The notes under the pieces: model-generated
The model's database searches: none
Told to the model about the DNA's origin: nothing
The model's input: the letters and a program-made list of their open reading frames with translations, nothing else
Assembly: GCF_004010195.1 (NCBI RefSeq)
Contig: NC_057720.1
Span: 23,623,105 to 23,687,104, forward strand
DNA length: 64,000 bases
Direction of reading: 5' to 3'
DNA from: Chiloscyllium plagiosum
Lineage: Eukaryota
Part shown: positions 47,950 to 61,243 of the stretch, in pieces
How positions within the stretch are numbered: position 1 is the stretch's first letter
Layout: each line of letters opens with the position of its first letter
Made by a program: the position numbers and the translations under genes

Positions 47950-50900
47950 TGGTTGCTTAAAGAACTCCATTCAGAATTGATGATCTGGAGCCTGAGTTTG
48001 AACACTGTGACACATCAGGGAGGGGGAGAGTTACGTGGACACTGTGTCTCAGAAAACAGTCACACCCCTTAGGTTAACTACCTCAAATTTGGTTAGTGGT
48101 CAGGGACAGGAGGGTGTGACTATGAGTGAAGCAGACATAAGGGGAGCTAGGAGGTAGTGCTGAAGGAGACTCAGCCCTTGAGCTTGTCTAACAGGTTTGA
48201 GTTTATTGTTCTGTGTATGGATGAGTCTTTATTGGCCAGAGTATTGAGTACAGGAATTGAGAGGTCATGTTGCAGCTAAACAGGGCATTAGTTAGGACAC
48301 TTTTGTAATATTGCATGCAATTCTGGTCTCCTTCCTATCAGAAGGAGGTTGTGAAACTTGAAAGGGTTCAGAAAAGATTGACAAGGATGTTGCCTGGGTT
48401 GGAGGATTTGAGCTATAGGGAGAGGCTGAACAGTTTGGGGCTGTTTTCCCTGGAGTGTCGGAGGCTGAGGGGTGACCTTATAGAGGTTTATAAATAGACA
48501 TATAAATGGGGTGGGGGAGTCCAGAACTAGAGGGCATAGTTTTAGAGTGAGAGGGGAAAGATATAAAAGAGACCTAAGGGGCAACCTTTTCACACAGAGG
48601 GTGGTACGTGTATGGAATGAGCTGCCAGAGGCTGGTACAATTGCAACATTTAAAAGCCATTTGGATGGGTATATGAATAGGAAGGATTTGGAGGGATATG
48701 GGCCAGGTGCTGGCAAGTGGGACTAGATTAGGTTGGGATATCTGATTGGCATGGGCGAGTTGGATTGAAGACTCTGTTTCCATACTGTACATTTCTATGA
48801 CTCTATGACTGTATGAGTGGGGGCTGTAGAGCTAGTGAACCCGACTGACCATCGCACTATGGTACACGGAGCCAGTCAAGGGAAAGGAGAAAAGGGAGAT
48901 ATGGTTGTAATTGGGGAGAGAATAGTCAGGGAAACAGATACTGTTCTCTGTGGACGGGATCGAGAAACCCAAAGGCTTTTTTTTCCTGCCTGGTGTCTGG
49001 GTTCAGGATCTGGGCTGCAAAGGAACTTTGAGAGGGAGGGGAGAGATCCAGTTGTCCATGTAGGTGCCAATGATATAGGTAGAAAGAGGAGAGAGGTTCT
49101 GCTGAGGGAATACGAGCAACTGGGGGCGAAATTAGAAAGCAAAACCAAAAAAGATAATCATCTATGGATTACCACTTGAGCCATGAGCTAATTGGCACAA
49201 GGTCAACAAGATTAATGAGGTAAATGCATGGCTCAAAGGTTTGTGTGGGAGAAATGGGTTTAAATACATGGGACATTGGCAGCAGTACTGTGGAAGGAGG
49301 GTGATGTTCCAGTTATTGGGGCTGTGGATTGGACTTTAAACTAAATAGCATGTATGGGGTACGGAGGGTAGAGGGATTCAGTTGTATGGAAATTACAAAA
49401 TCAAAGATAAAGGAGACGGCAAGATTGCAGGTTAGCGACAGGGTTGATTATCACCTGAAAATAGAAGGAAAGGACATAGTGTGTTAATGTCACATTGATC
49501 CAAGGAACCATAAAAGGAGGAAAGTAAAGTTGATAATAGAACAAACTTCAAGGCTTTAGTTCTGAATACACAAATCATTCAAAATATGGTAGACAAACTA
49601 TATTGTAGCCCAAATCGAGATAAATCGAGGTAAACTAGTTAAAGGTGGGGATGGTTCAGCAGAGGTTATTAAAATTTCCTGAACAAGTAATAGGACAGAG
49701 TATGGAAAGGGTCAATAATCTAACTTCAGGCATAGCAGATACAAGAACAACTGAAACAAGTTAAATGAGCTCGGAGTGCAGACTGAAACTGGCGGGTATG
49801 ATGGTATGGACATCACAGAGACATGGCTGCAGGGGTATCAGGGCTGAGAACTATATATCCAAAGATATATGTGCTATTAAAAGGACAGGCAGATGAGAAG
49901 AGGGCATGGCATTTCCTTATTGGAAGAAATAAAATTAAATCAATAGGAAGAAGCAATGTAGACCCGGAAGGTGTAAAATCTGTGTCGGTAGACTTGAAGA
50001 ACAGCAAAGAGAGAAAAACCCTGATGCGAGCTGGATACACACCTCCTAGCAATAGTCAGAATGTGCAGAAGAAAATAAATTAGGAGATAGAAAAGGTATG
50101 TAAGAAAGGCATTACTACAATAATCATGGGGGTCTCTAAATGCAAGCAGTTGAAACTTTATTGCTGGAACAGCACAGCAGGTCAGGCAGCATCCAGGGAA
50201 CAGGAGATTCGACGTTTCGGGCACAGGCCCTTCTTCAGGCAGACAGGGAAAATCAGGTTGGTAATGGATCCCAAGAAAAGGAATTTGTAGAATGTCTACA
50301 AGATGATGTTTTGGAGCAGATTGGATGTAGAGCCCACTAGGGAACAGATAATCCTGGATTTGGTGATGTGTCATGAGACAGATTTGATTAGGGAGCTGAA
50401 GGTGAAGGAATCCCTAGGGGGCAGTAACCATGCTATGATAGAATTCATCCTGCAGTTTGAGATGGAGAACCTGGAGTTAAATCTAATAGTATTACAATTG
50501 AGTAAAGGTAACTGCAAAGACTTGAGGGAGGAGCTGGCCAGAGTTGATTGGAAGGGCAGATGGTGGAGCAGCAATGGCAGGTGTTTTCAGGGTAATTCAA
50601 GAGGCACAGCAGAAATTCATCCTAAGGAAGAAGAAACACAGGATGAGGCAATCATGACTGATCAAGGAAATTAAGGACAGCATAAAAACAAAATAAACAG
50701 CATACAATGTGATTAAGGTTAATGAGAAGCTAGAGAATTGGGAAGCATTTAAACTCAGCAGAGGACAACTGAAAAGCAATAGGGTGGGAGAAGATGAAAT
50801 ATGAGAATAAGCTAGCTAGTAATATGAAAGATAATGTTGAGGTTGTACAGGACATTAGTGAGGCCTCTTCTGGAGCACTGTGTCCAGTTCTGGTCTCCCT

Positions 50901-52970
50901 GTTCTAGGAAAGATATAATTAAGCCGAGAGAGTTCAGAAGAGATTTACCAGGATGTTGCTGAAAATGAAGGGTTAAGTTATAAGACAAGGCTGGATCGGC
51001 TGGGACTTCTTTCATTGGAGTATAGAAGGTTGAGAGATGACCTTACAGAGGTTTATAAAATAATGAGGAGTATAGATAAGGTGAATGGCAAGTTTCTTTT
51101 CCCTAGTGTTGGGGGATTTCAAGACCAAGGGGCATATTGAGAGGAGAAGGATTTAAAAAAGACAAGGACAATTTTTTTTTGTACAGAAAATGGTTTGTCT
51201 GTGGAATGAACTTCCAGAGGAAGTAGTGGATGCTGGTACAGTTATAAATGTTCAAGAGACATTTGGATAAGTACATGAATAAGAAATATTTGAAGGGATA
51301 TGGGCCAAGTGCAGACTGGTGGGACAACATTAGTTTGGGATTATGGTCGGTTGGACCGAAGGGTCAATTTCTGTGCTGTATGACTTGATGATTCCAAGAT
51401 TGCAAGAGCTTTTTTAAGATAAATGAAAGGTAAGAGAACAGCAAGAGTGAACATTGGACTACTCGATAATGAGGTTTCAGAAGTAGTAATAGGGAACAAA
51501 GAAATGGTGGAGAAACTGAATAGGTACTTTGCAGCAGTCTTCACAGTGGAAGACACTGGTAGCATACTCTCTTCAAGAGAGTCGGGGAATAGAGGTGAGC
51601 ATAGTGGTCATCCCAAAGAGAAGGTGCTGGGGAAGCTGAAAGGTCTGAAGGCAGAAAGATCACCTGTCCAAGATGGACTATACCCCCCTTTCTGAAGGAG
51701 ATAGCTGAGGAGATTGTGGAGGCATTGGTCGTGATCTTTCAGGAATCACTGGAGTCAGGGAGGGTCCTAGGGACTGAAAAATAGCTCATGCCTCATCCCT
51801 GTATAAGAGGGGAGGGAGGCAGAAGACAGGAAACTGTCGGTCGGTTAGCTTGAACTTGGCTATTGATAAGATTTTAGAGCCCATTATTAAGGATGAAATT
51901 ACAGAGTACTTGAAAGTGCATGGTAAAAGTGCTGATTCTGCAAGACTTCATCAAGGGAAGGTTATGCCTGACAATCTGTTAGAATTCTTTGAGGATGTAT
52001 TAGCACGTTAGATAAAGGAAAGCCAGTAGGCATGATCTACTTGGATTTCAAGAAGGTCTTTGCCAAGGTGCCACACAGGAAGCTGCTAACTAAGATAAGA
52101 GCCCCTGGTGTTAGGGGCAAGAATACAGGATTGGCGGACTGGCAGAAGGCAGAGGTTAGATATAAAGGGGGCTTTTTCAGGATGGCAGCAGGTGGTTAGT
52201 GATGTTCTGCAGGGACCACAACTATTCGCATTATATATTAACGATGTATACGAAGGAACTGAGAGTACTGTTGCTAAGTTTGCAGATGACATGAAGATAG
52301 GTGAAGGGACAGGTAGTGGTGAGGAGGGTGGGAGGCTGTAAAAAGACTTAGACATGCCTAGAGTGTTGGCAAGGATGTGGTAGATGTGACAGGGGAGGCG
52401 ACGCTGTCATAGTATTATCACTAGACTAATAATCCAGCAACTCAGCTAATGTTCTGAGGACCTGAGTTCAAATCCCACCATGGCAGGATAACAAGAAACT
52501 GGAATTAAGAATCAATTGATGATCATGAAAATATTGTTGGAAAAACACATTTCGTTCACTAATGTTCTTCAGGGAAGGAAATCTGCCACCCTCACCTGGT
52601 CTGGCCTACCTGTGACTCCAGATCGATAGCAATGTGGTTAACTCTCAATTGCCTTCTGAATTAGGTACTTATACCAATTGCTACAAAATCTTTTCATGGG
52701 CAATAATTGCTGGCCAGCCTGTGATGCCCACATCCCACAAATGAGTAAAAAAAACAAGGAATACAATGTGGGAAAGTATTAGGTTTTGCACTTTGGTAGG
52801 AAGAATAGAGGCATAAACTATTTTTTGAATGAAGAAAGCCTTCAGAAATCTGATGCAAAAAAGGGACTTAGGAATCCTAGTTCGGGATTCTCTTAAGGTT
52901 AACATGCAGGCTTACTTGGCAGTTAGGAAGGCAAATTCAAAGTTAGCATTCATTTGAAGAAGGCTAGAAT
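47950..52970 (+). mobile_element. Second near full-length disrupted CR1 (SGNH ORF1, APE, RT) with nested elements
   Basis: ORF 48817..49179 reads VVIGERIVRETD..VVHVGANDIG. APE fragments 49790-50500. RT ORF 52108..52341 (VAKFADDMKIG). Nested CR1 3' ends at 48227-48812 and about 50835-51390, a PLE at 50150 and a SINE at 52390. Confidence 0.85.
50150..50238 (-). mobile_element. PLE mini-insertion (subfamily A') ending at an intact hammerhead core
   Basis: Identical to 35220-35306. Minus strand 50211-50238 reads CUGAAGA-A-GGGC-CUGU-GCCC-GAAA-CGUC. Interrupts the CR1 endonuclease region. Confidence 0.85.
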
Positions 52971-54690
52971 CTACTCTCTGAGAGAAGAAATTCCTCCTAA
53001 TCTGTGTTCAATTTAACAAATCCTCAATCTGAGATTATGCCCTCTGGTCCTAAACTTTCCTCTAAGGGGCAAAAACATCTCCATATTTATCTTGTCAAGC
53101 TGCCTAAGAATATTGTTATGTTTCAATAAGGTCACCTCTGATTCTTCCAAACTCCAATAATTACAGGCCCAAAGTACTTAAACACTTTCCAAATAAGAAA
53201 ATCTTCTTACCCAGAATCAACCTAGTGAAGCTTCTCTAGGCTGCCTTCAGTGCCAGTATATCTTTCCTTGGCTAAAGGGACCAAAATTGTGCACAGTATT
53301 CTCGGTGAGTTCTCATTGGCATCTTGTTTAGTTTTAGCAAGATTTTCCTGTTCTTAATACTCCATTCGTTTTGAAATAAAGGCTAATATGCCATTTCCCT
53401 CCCCTGTTACCCACTGGAACTGTTTGTTAGCTTTTTGTGATTTATCCATGAAGACTTGCAAATCTCTGTGCTATGCATCCTGCATTTAAGTAATACACAG
53501 ATCCTCTATTCTTCAAGCAAGTGCATAATCTCACAAATATCACATGATATTCCATCTGCTAAGTTTTTGCTCACTCATCCTCACCACTTACCTTCTCACT
53601 TACTTTTATGTCATCCACAAACTTGCCAATATTATAATCACTTTCCTTAACCAAGTCATTAATATACATTGTAAATAATTGTTGCCCCAGCACTGATCAC
53701 TGTGGTATTCCAGGTGTCAACCTGAAAATGCTTCCTTTATCCCAACACACTGTCTTCTATTAATTAGAAAATCTTCAATTCATGCTCATGTAGTACTCTC
53801 AATATCATGGACTCTTGTATTTTTAAGTAGTCTTAATGTTTTTTGGAAAGCTAAATATATTACATCTACTCTTTATTTATCCTACTTGGTCTTCCTCCAA
53901 TAATTCTAATAAACTTGCCAGCCATGATTTTCCCTTCATGAAGCTGTGCTGATTCTACTCGATTATAACGTGTGTTTCTAAATGCTCTGCCATGGCATTT
54001 TATAAAAGATTCTAACATTTTTCCCAATGACAATATTAAGCTAACTGACCCTTAATTATTTGGTTTTTCTGTCTCTCTCCCTTTTAAAAAAAAATGTTAC
54101 ATTATCTGTTTTCCAATCTTCTTTAACATTTTCAGAATCTAAGGATTCTTGGAAAATTCTTATCAGTGCATTCATTATCTCTGTAACTACTTTGTTGAGT
54201 ATCCTAGAATGCAACACATCAAGTCCAGACAACTATCAGCCTTCAGCCTCATTAGTTTGCCTGGCACATTTTTCCAGTGATAGTTTTTGCATTTTTTCCT
54301 TCCCACTTTTTGCCTCTTGTTCCTTATTTTTGGAATTCTATTAATGCCCTCTACTGTGAAGACAGGGTATTTATGCAACTCCAATGCTATTTCCTGGTTC
54401 CCAGTTGTTATTTCTTTAGCCTTATTCTCAAAGGGGCCAATGCTCACTTTGGCCTTTCTCTATCTTTTTATAGTATATGTTGAAGAAGCGCTTATTGTCT
54501 ATTTTTTCGTTATTTGCTAGTTTAACCTCAGTTTACTTTTGCCCTCTCTTGTTTCTTGATCATCTTTTGTTGGTTTCAAAGGTTTTAAAGCTTTCTCAAT
54601 TCTCTAGTTGACCAATAATCTTTACATGTTGTATGCTTTCTTCCTTCAATTTTAAAATATACTTAACTTCCCTGGTTAACCTTGCCTTCT
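52970..54690 (-). mobile_element. Old minus-strand CR1 ORF2 fragment
   Basis: ORF 54187..54447 (IGPFEN..EITTGNQEIA..VFTVE) is homologous to ORF 51423..51695. Degenerate RT motifs follow. Confidence 0.75.
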
Positions 54691-54868
54691 TCCTGGCGAT
54701 GGCCGGCCTGCCCTAATATCAATTTATCCAGCCAGCACCTCTATTAACTTGGCAAGTGGAGGCCCATCATATCAGGAATTGTGAGGTATTGCTCTCATGG
54801 GAGGGCCTTCCTTCAAAGTCACTCATTGCCTGATCTTGTAGCCAGGCATTGGCAAGTTGGTGGGGAGG

Positions 54869-54923
54869 AGAAAGTGAGGTCTGCAGATGCTGGAGATCAG
54901 AGCTGAAAGGTGTTCTCTGAAAC
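54869..54923 (-). mobile_element. 55 bp chimeric PLE micro-insertion
   Basis: 17 bp TSD GCAAGTTGGTGGGGAGG at 54852-54868 and 54924-54940. PLE 3' terminus fused to AGGTGTTCTCTGAAAC. Confidence 0.85.
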
Positions 54924-56527
54924 GCAAGTTGGTGGGGAGGCCCACTTAATTCAGTCAGCTTACCATAAAAATGGTGACTTGGGGCACTTGTCAGCTCTCC
55001 AAGGAGTGCAAGACCCTTGTGGCTTCCTTTTAATTACAACCCACCAGTTGAAATTTGCACCAGTTCTTGACCATTTATAACTGACTTAGAGTTGAACCAA
55101 CTGCCCCAATAACTATAAACTATTTAGACTTATGTTTTTTTTCCCGAAGATGCCACAGGAGGTAGCATGCATTTTGTAAGTCATGATATGAAAATCAGAA
55201 CTATATTAAAGCTACAGGTTTACACTCCATTGCTACAAAGTTCCCTCATGTACAGTACAAATAATAGCTTTCAGATTATTTCAATTTGAAGCTTAAAAGA
55301 TCTTATTTAATTTGAGTGAAGTTATATAAATTGCCATTGTTCTGGTTAATCTTGAAACTATGTGGCAGGTAGGTTCATTCTTTGTCAACCATAATGCATT
55401 ATGGAAAGGTAGTCAGTCATTCTTTTTATTCAGGATGCTCAAGCATTTTGATTGTTCTTCAGTTATCTGAGTCTCCTTGTTCTATGTGTTTCATCTGTTA
55501 CATTTTCTTATTGGCATTGCTTAGTGTCAATAGACAATCAATTGATACAGCGCCGTTCATCAGAACATTATTAGAATTGAGTCTTGCTATTTAAATTCAA
55601 ATCAGGCTCTGCATGATTTCTTATGATTGGCACACTACAATTACTTCAGTATGGGGCAAATTTAAGTTATTATACACAGTGCGAAGATTTCACATGAAGT
55701 GGATGGAAAAATCAAGTTAGTTGCACGATCCATATGTCTTAACTCCCAAAGATGCTGAAATCATTCTCATAATTTCAGTAGGAATTTACTTTGGTTTTGT
55801 TCTGCACAGCACCGTTTCAAATTTACTTTTTTCTTAAATTGATCAGTGATGAAACAACTTTCAACTTCGATAGCAAACAATTTCAAGCACTTCCAAGATG
55901 TGAACAGCATAGATTTCGCTGTAATCTCTCTGATCCTTCCACAAGAATGTACTTTCTTCACAGTTTGGAAAACTGTGCCAATGTCAACTTCTCCCGACTG
56001 AACATATTCAACAGCATTATGTCCTTACTGAGTAAGACTGCCAAGTTGTGCTGCTAGATGATGAGCAACATTTGATGCTTTGGAGCTGCCAGAATGAGCA
56101 TGTTTTTCTTTACATTTGTGTGGGTTGGTTTGAAATCCAGGGCCCAGAGAATAACAACTTTATCTTAGGCTCCTATCTGGTGAGGTATCTTGTATGTACA
56201 CCTTAGCGAGTTTAGTCATGGGGACAGTTAATCAGGTGGCAGCAAGGTTTGTGAGGACCTTGCCACCTTCCTATCTCCATCCCAATTTAGTCCACACTGC
56301 CAATTAATTGAGCGGTTAATGCCCTTAAGTAGGCAATTAGTGTACGCATAAGGGCCCTCACCTTACCACCATGGGGGAGGCAGGAGTACTTGCCTTCTTA
56401 GAAGCAAGACTAGCATAAAATTGGGGTAGTTGGGGGAAATCCAAAGCTGTGCATGTTAAATAGATTGGCCATGCTAAATTGCCCATAGTGTCCAGGCATG
56501 TACAGGCCAGGTAGATTAGCAGGCTAG

Positions 56528-56842
56528 GGTGGTATGGTGGTCAGTGGTTAGCACTGCTGCCTCACAGCGCCAGGGACCCGGGTTCAATTCCATCCTCGGG
56601 TGACTGTGTGTATTTTGCAAGTTCTCCCTGTGTCTGCATGGGTGTCCTCCCACAATCCAAAGCTGTGCAGGTTAAATGGATTGGCCATGCTAAATTGCCC
56701 ATAATGTCCAGGGGTGTAGAGGCTAGGTGGATTAACCATGGTAAATGTAGAGTTACAGGGATTGGGTAGTGTGGTTGGATCTGGGTAGGATGCTGTTTGG
56801 AGGATCGGTATGGACTTGACGGACCACTGTAGGAATTCTATG
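56528..56842 (+). mobile_element. V-SINE (HE1-like), preceded by a duplicated internal piece at about 56440-56520
   Basis: GGTGGTCAGTGGTTAGCACTGCTGCCTCACAGCGCCAGGGACCCGGGTTCAATTCC + V-domain. Confidence 0.85.
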
Positions 56843-56929
56843 AATAATGAGCGTAGCTGCACATGAGATGGTGGGATATGGGTGCAACAGCTGAGATACA
56901 GTGAATGTTTGGTAGCAGAAAGACAGTGG

Positions 56930-57110
56930 AGGCACTTACCCTGGCACTGTTATGTGTTCCACCGGATGGTTGAGAGCACACTGACCTGGATGACAACCTC
57001 AAACTAAGGCAGCACTGTGAGCTCCGCTGTGATCTCGGAAGAAGAGGAATGTCCTCCTCTGTACCACTGCATCACACCATGACCTCCTGGTCCATGTCTG
57101 CAAAGTAGTA
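56930..57110 (-). mobile_element. Probable Harbinger/PIF DNA transposon relic encoding a Myb/SANT-like domain
   Basis: Minus strand with 2 frameshifts and 2 stops reads FADMDQEVMV/DAVVQRRTFLF../*FEVVIQVSVLSTIRWNT*QCQ followed by GTAAGT. Pattern resembles NAIF1/MSANTD Myb-like domains. Confidence 0.5.
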
Positions 57111-57283
57111 TGCTAATTACCCCTCACCTTCCATGTCAAGGACAAATTTCATGAACTGTGCAGGGCAGCTTCAGTCTGCTAGCACTTGTCCTGCTGTACA
57201 GCAGCCTTTTCAAGATGGTGCCAGTGATGAATACTTCTGATGGTGGGTGGTTGGATTTGGCTAGCATTGGATCCAAAGCATAA

Positions 57284-57741
57284 CGAAAATTACAGCACAG
57301 GAACAAGCCCTTCGGCCCTCCAAGCCTGCACCGATCCAGATCCTCTATACAAACCTGTCACCTATTTTCTAAGGGTCTGTATCCCTCTGCTCCCTGCCCA
57401 TTCATGCCCGCCTTGACCACCTCCACTGGCAACACGTTCCAGGCCCCCACCACCCTTTGCATAAAGAACTTCCCCTTAAACTTTTCTGCTCTCACTTTGA
57501 ACTTGTGACCCCTAGTTTTTGATTCCCCCACTCTGGTGAAAAAGCTTCTTGCTATCTACCCTGTCTATATCTCTCAATCAGGTCCCCCCTCAACCTCTGT
57601 ATTTCTAGTGAAAATAATCCTAATCTATTCATTCTCTGTTCATAGTTAGCACCCTCCATACCAGGCAACATTCTGGTGAACCTCCTCTGCACCTTCTCCA
57701 AAGCATCCACATCCTTTTGATAATGAGGCGACCAGAATAAG
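57284..57741 (-). mobile_element. CR1 3' fragment with TSD
   Basis: CR1 tail and C-terminal RT. AAGCATAA duplicated at 57276-57283 and 57742-57749. Confidence 0.85.
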
Positions 57742-58323
57742 AAGCATAATGGAACGTGGTAGATAGTTAATGATATAAGTTAGGGACAATTGCATAAGAA
57801 AATGCCTGAGGCCTCACATAGAAAAGCCTTCCACAAAACCCAATGAATGTGAAACTTAGCCAGAATATGGGCAGATTCGGCCCACTATCTCTGAATGAGT
57901 TGCTAATTAATGCAGCTAAAGCAGATTCCAAGGAGGTTACATTTTGGGTAAGCTGGAAAAAAATCGTAAAAGATTCTTACCATTAACCAATTTCCAATTA
58001 TCATTCATTGTATTTGAACTTCAGGGAAGGATGGAAGAAAGCAATCCTTGAGGTTGAATAATCTGCCAATATTGACTATCCTGGCTCATACGTGATTAAT
58101 GGCTATTTGCTAATGTTTCAGAGAGTACCTAATATCAATGGAATTGCACCAATTTCTTCATGTGAGAAAAGGAGGAAGTGTTGCTGACTAATTTTAATCT
58201 CATTTGTAACAAGAAGATGACAACACATTGGTTTGAGAACTCATAAGAATATTTCTAATGACACCTCAATTTTCAGTTCTGATATGCTATCCTTATGCAT
58301 AACCATCCTTTTTGTCATTTCAG

Positions 58324-58453
58324 ATTATGATAGGTGAAGGCATTCTTTACTGCTGTCTCACTAAGAGAAAAAATGGAATAGGATCAGAGGCCAACATCAA
58401 TGCTGGTGGCTGTAACTTCAACTCATTCCTCAGACGAGCTGTCAGATTTATTG
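58324..58453 (+). CDS. PLPPR4: PLPPR4 coding exon 3 ([43 protein letters not shown]+G)
   Basis: TTTTTGTCATTTCAG acceptor, 130 nt, G|GTGGGT donor (phase 1). Inside ORF 58312..58503. Confidence 0.95.
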
Positions 58454-59535
58454 GTGGGTCCAAATACTCTTTTAGACATTTCGGTTCATATGTCACTGAA
58501 TAGAAAAATGTTAGAAACTCAAACAATCAAATGTAGTTATTTGTGAATTTCCTTTTATGTTTTTGCTGAGATTACAGTGCTTTTAGATTTTAAAATGGTT
58601 ATCAGCTGATGTAACTCAGGAAATGTGTCCATATTGTTCACTGTATGAGCTGTACATATTTGGCTTTGGCTGACTATTAGATGAATCAAATTTTCAAACT
58701 AACATATAGGAACATGATTTGGTGCCATTGAGGAATGAAGCTTATGAATTTGTGCTTCATTGAAAAAACAATTTAAATAAGTTTTGATTCCTAGTTACAT
58801 TTCAAAGGCTGTAGCAACTATGAGGTGGTTTCCATCCGTTCAGTTTCGAGTAACTCTCTGGAAGAATGTGTCTGCTGTCTGTCCTAGAAACCTCCTCTAT
58901 TCTTTGAAATGCACCTTATTTAGACTGGGCCAGAAGGCTGTAGCTCAGATTCAAGTGTCTTGGGAATAATCTACTATCTGAAGGAAGATAGCATCCTAGG
59001 CGTAGGTTTGGTGGCCCCAATGACTGAGGGTTGTAGGAGGGAAACCAAAGCAACAGTTGGCTTTGTGAAACTGGTGAGTGCACCCCTGTTCATTTCTATT
59101 GCACTGAAATAAAGAGGAATTAACCTTTTGCATGTTCTTCAGTCCAACACCAGCTGAAATTGGCTTGATTGCACAAAGCCCACACTGTACAAAAGACATG
59201 CCAAAACTGGTATTAGGCTCCACTTACATCTCTTCTTGATCCATCTGTTTTTTTAACATAGTAAACACTATTGTGTACTCAAAAGAAGTTTCTTTTCCAA
59301 AAGAATAGCATTAATTGTGTACATTTGCATTGCTGTTATTGCTTTCCAATGAACTGTATGAAAATTATTACAAATTACAAGACAATTGGTACATCGGTTT
59401 TCCATTTAAATCTTGGATATTCTCATGTTTTGATGCTGTTAAAGATTACATCAGGAAATCATTCACCAGCCAGCAAGTGGAATCAATGCATTAAAAATTG
59501 TAAATTGAATCAATTTTAAAATAGCTATGTATTAC

Positions 59536-59855
59536 GGCAGGCACAGTGGCTCAGTGGTTAGCACTGTTGCCTCAGTGCCAGGGACCCAGGTTTGATTCCA
59601 GCCTCGGGTGACTGTTTGTGTGGAGTTTACACATTCTCCCTGTGACTGTGTGGGTTTGCTCCGGGTTTCCTCCCACAGTGCAAAGATGTGCAGGTTAGTT
59701 GAATTGACCATGCTGACTCGCCCATAGTGTTCAGGGATGTGTAGGGGAATTAGTCAGGGGAAATATAGAGGGGAATGGGTCTGGGTGGGTTACTCTATGG
59801 AGGATTGCTGTGGGCCAAATGGCCTTTTTCCACATTGTAGGGATTCTATTCTATG
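59536..59855 (+). mobile_element. V-SINE (HE1-like), full length
   Basis: A/B boxes, V-domain, tail CCACATTGTAGGGATTCTAT. Confidence 0.85.
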
Positions 59856-61243
59856 ATACTCCACCTTAGTGATGATGCTATAAATGTACATTTTTCTGTG
59901 TCACACCTATGAATTACTTCCCAAACTGTTTTGGAAACTCTGAATGAGAGTTCTGGAAGCATTGTTTCATCAACAAATGCAGCAAGATTTGACAACTGAT
60001 GAAATACAGAAAATATTTAATTCTATTAATAACTATCATTTGATGTTTGGAAATATTGCCTTTCAAAATAAGGGTTTTGAGCTCAACGTGGATGTTAAAA
60101 ATCTCTTCTTGAAAGTACAAGTTTAGTCACATTTAGAAATTCTCCTGAATGTAAAAGCAACATGTTTAAATTTACATTCCTATGACAAAAGTAATGTGTC
60201 ACAGTACATGGTTCACATGAGATGTTATGATAATTTACAGTCATCACAATGTTTACCAAATGCTTAATTAAATATCACACGTAATGTTTTAGCAATTTTT
60301 TTCAGTTTACCTGTGTTCAGTTAAAACACCACCCAAGTCTCATGGTGTATTACAATATTTCAAATTGAAAAGTGCATAAATATCATAACATGAGTATATA
60401 CAATTGATACTTCACTAATTATTAGTTATTGTATTAACACTGACAGAATTGACTTTATTTGTTCAATCTTAATTTGAAAATACAATTTAATTTTTATAGT
60501 ATTTTAAAATAGAAATTAAGTCTCCTCCCCACTTTAGTGTTTAAGTGGGAAATCTGCTTAATTGTATCGAACTGCTTAGCTTACAGATGCATGCTTCTGT
60601 GCCTTAGGACTAGAAATTCATCTTGGATGGTGGTGTAAGATGGACAGCATTAGATCGGCTGACCATTACACACAGCTCCTCATATAGAGATCCACTGCAC
60701 TCAAAGAAATTAAATATCAAGGATTGCTTGGAAGAAGCAGCTGCTTTGATATCTCCCATTTTGCACCACGACCCAAGGTGAATTCCTACCCCCTTGACTG
60801 CGTTTGAACCAGTGTTAAATTGAAAAGGTTAGCTGCATGCTATTTAAAATATATAGATCACAATAAATTTACTAGTAACATGATTTCAGTTTGAAGGCTG
60901 AGTTTATACATGGCACTGCAATTTCAATTATTACCTTTAATAAGAATCATATGGAACTGTTTGCTGGAAGTATTAGTATTCTGTGGAAATATATTAATGA
61001 AAACTGTATGTTCTACTTAACGCAGTTCACCAACATGTCCAAAACTCTCAAATTTTCTCTGGTATACTGATTGAGTTAATTATGTTCCTTTAATGGTACT
61101 CGTATTCTCTAGCAGTTTTGATATTTTTGGCATTAATTTGCGACTATTTGGGATTAACAGATTTGTACCAGATGATTCTGAACTAGCAGCTGGAGATAAA
61201 ATTTGTTATGCTAATTATTTTTGATTTCTCTTGAGTGTTTTAG

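Noticed and set aside
56528..56595. tRNA genes at SINE heads (also 47078, 59536, 20325)
   Set aside because: A/B boxes run directly into SINE bodies; no complete cloverleaf could be built.
61231..61243. Alternative acceptor GAG at 61233-61235 for exon 4
   Set aside because: Would add 8 nt and shift the frame; GAG is a poor acceptor.
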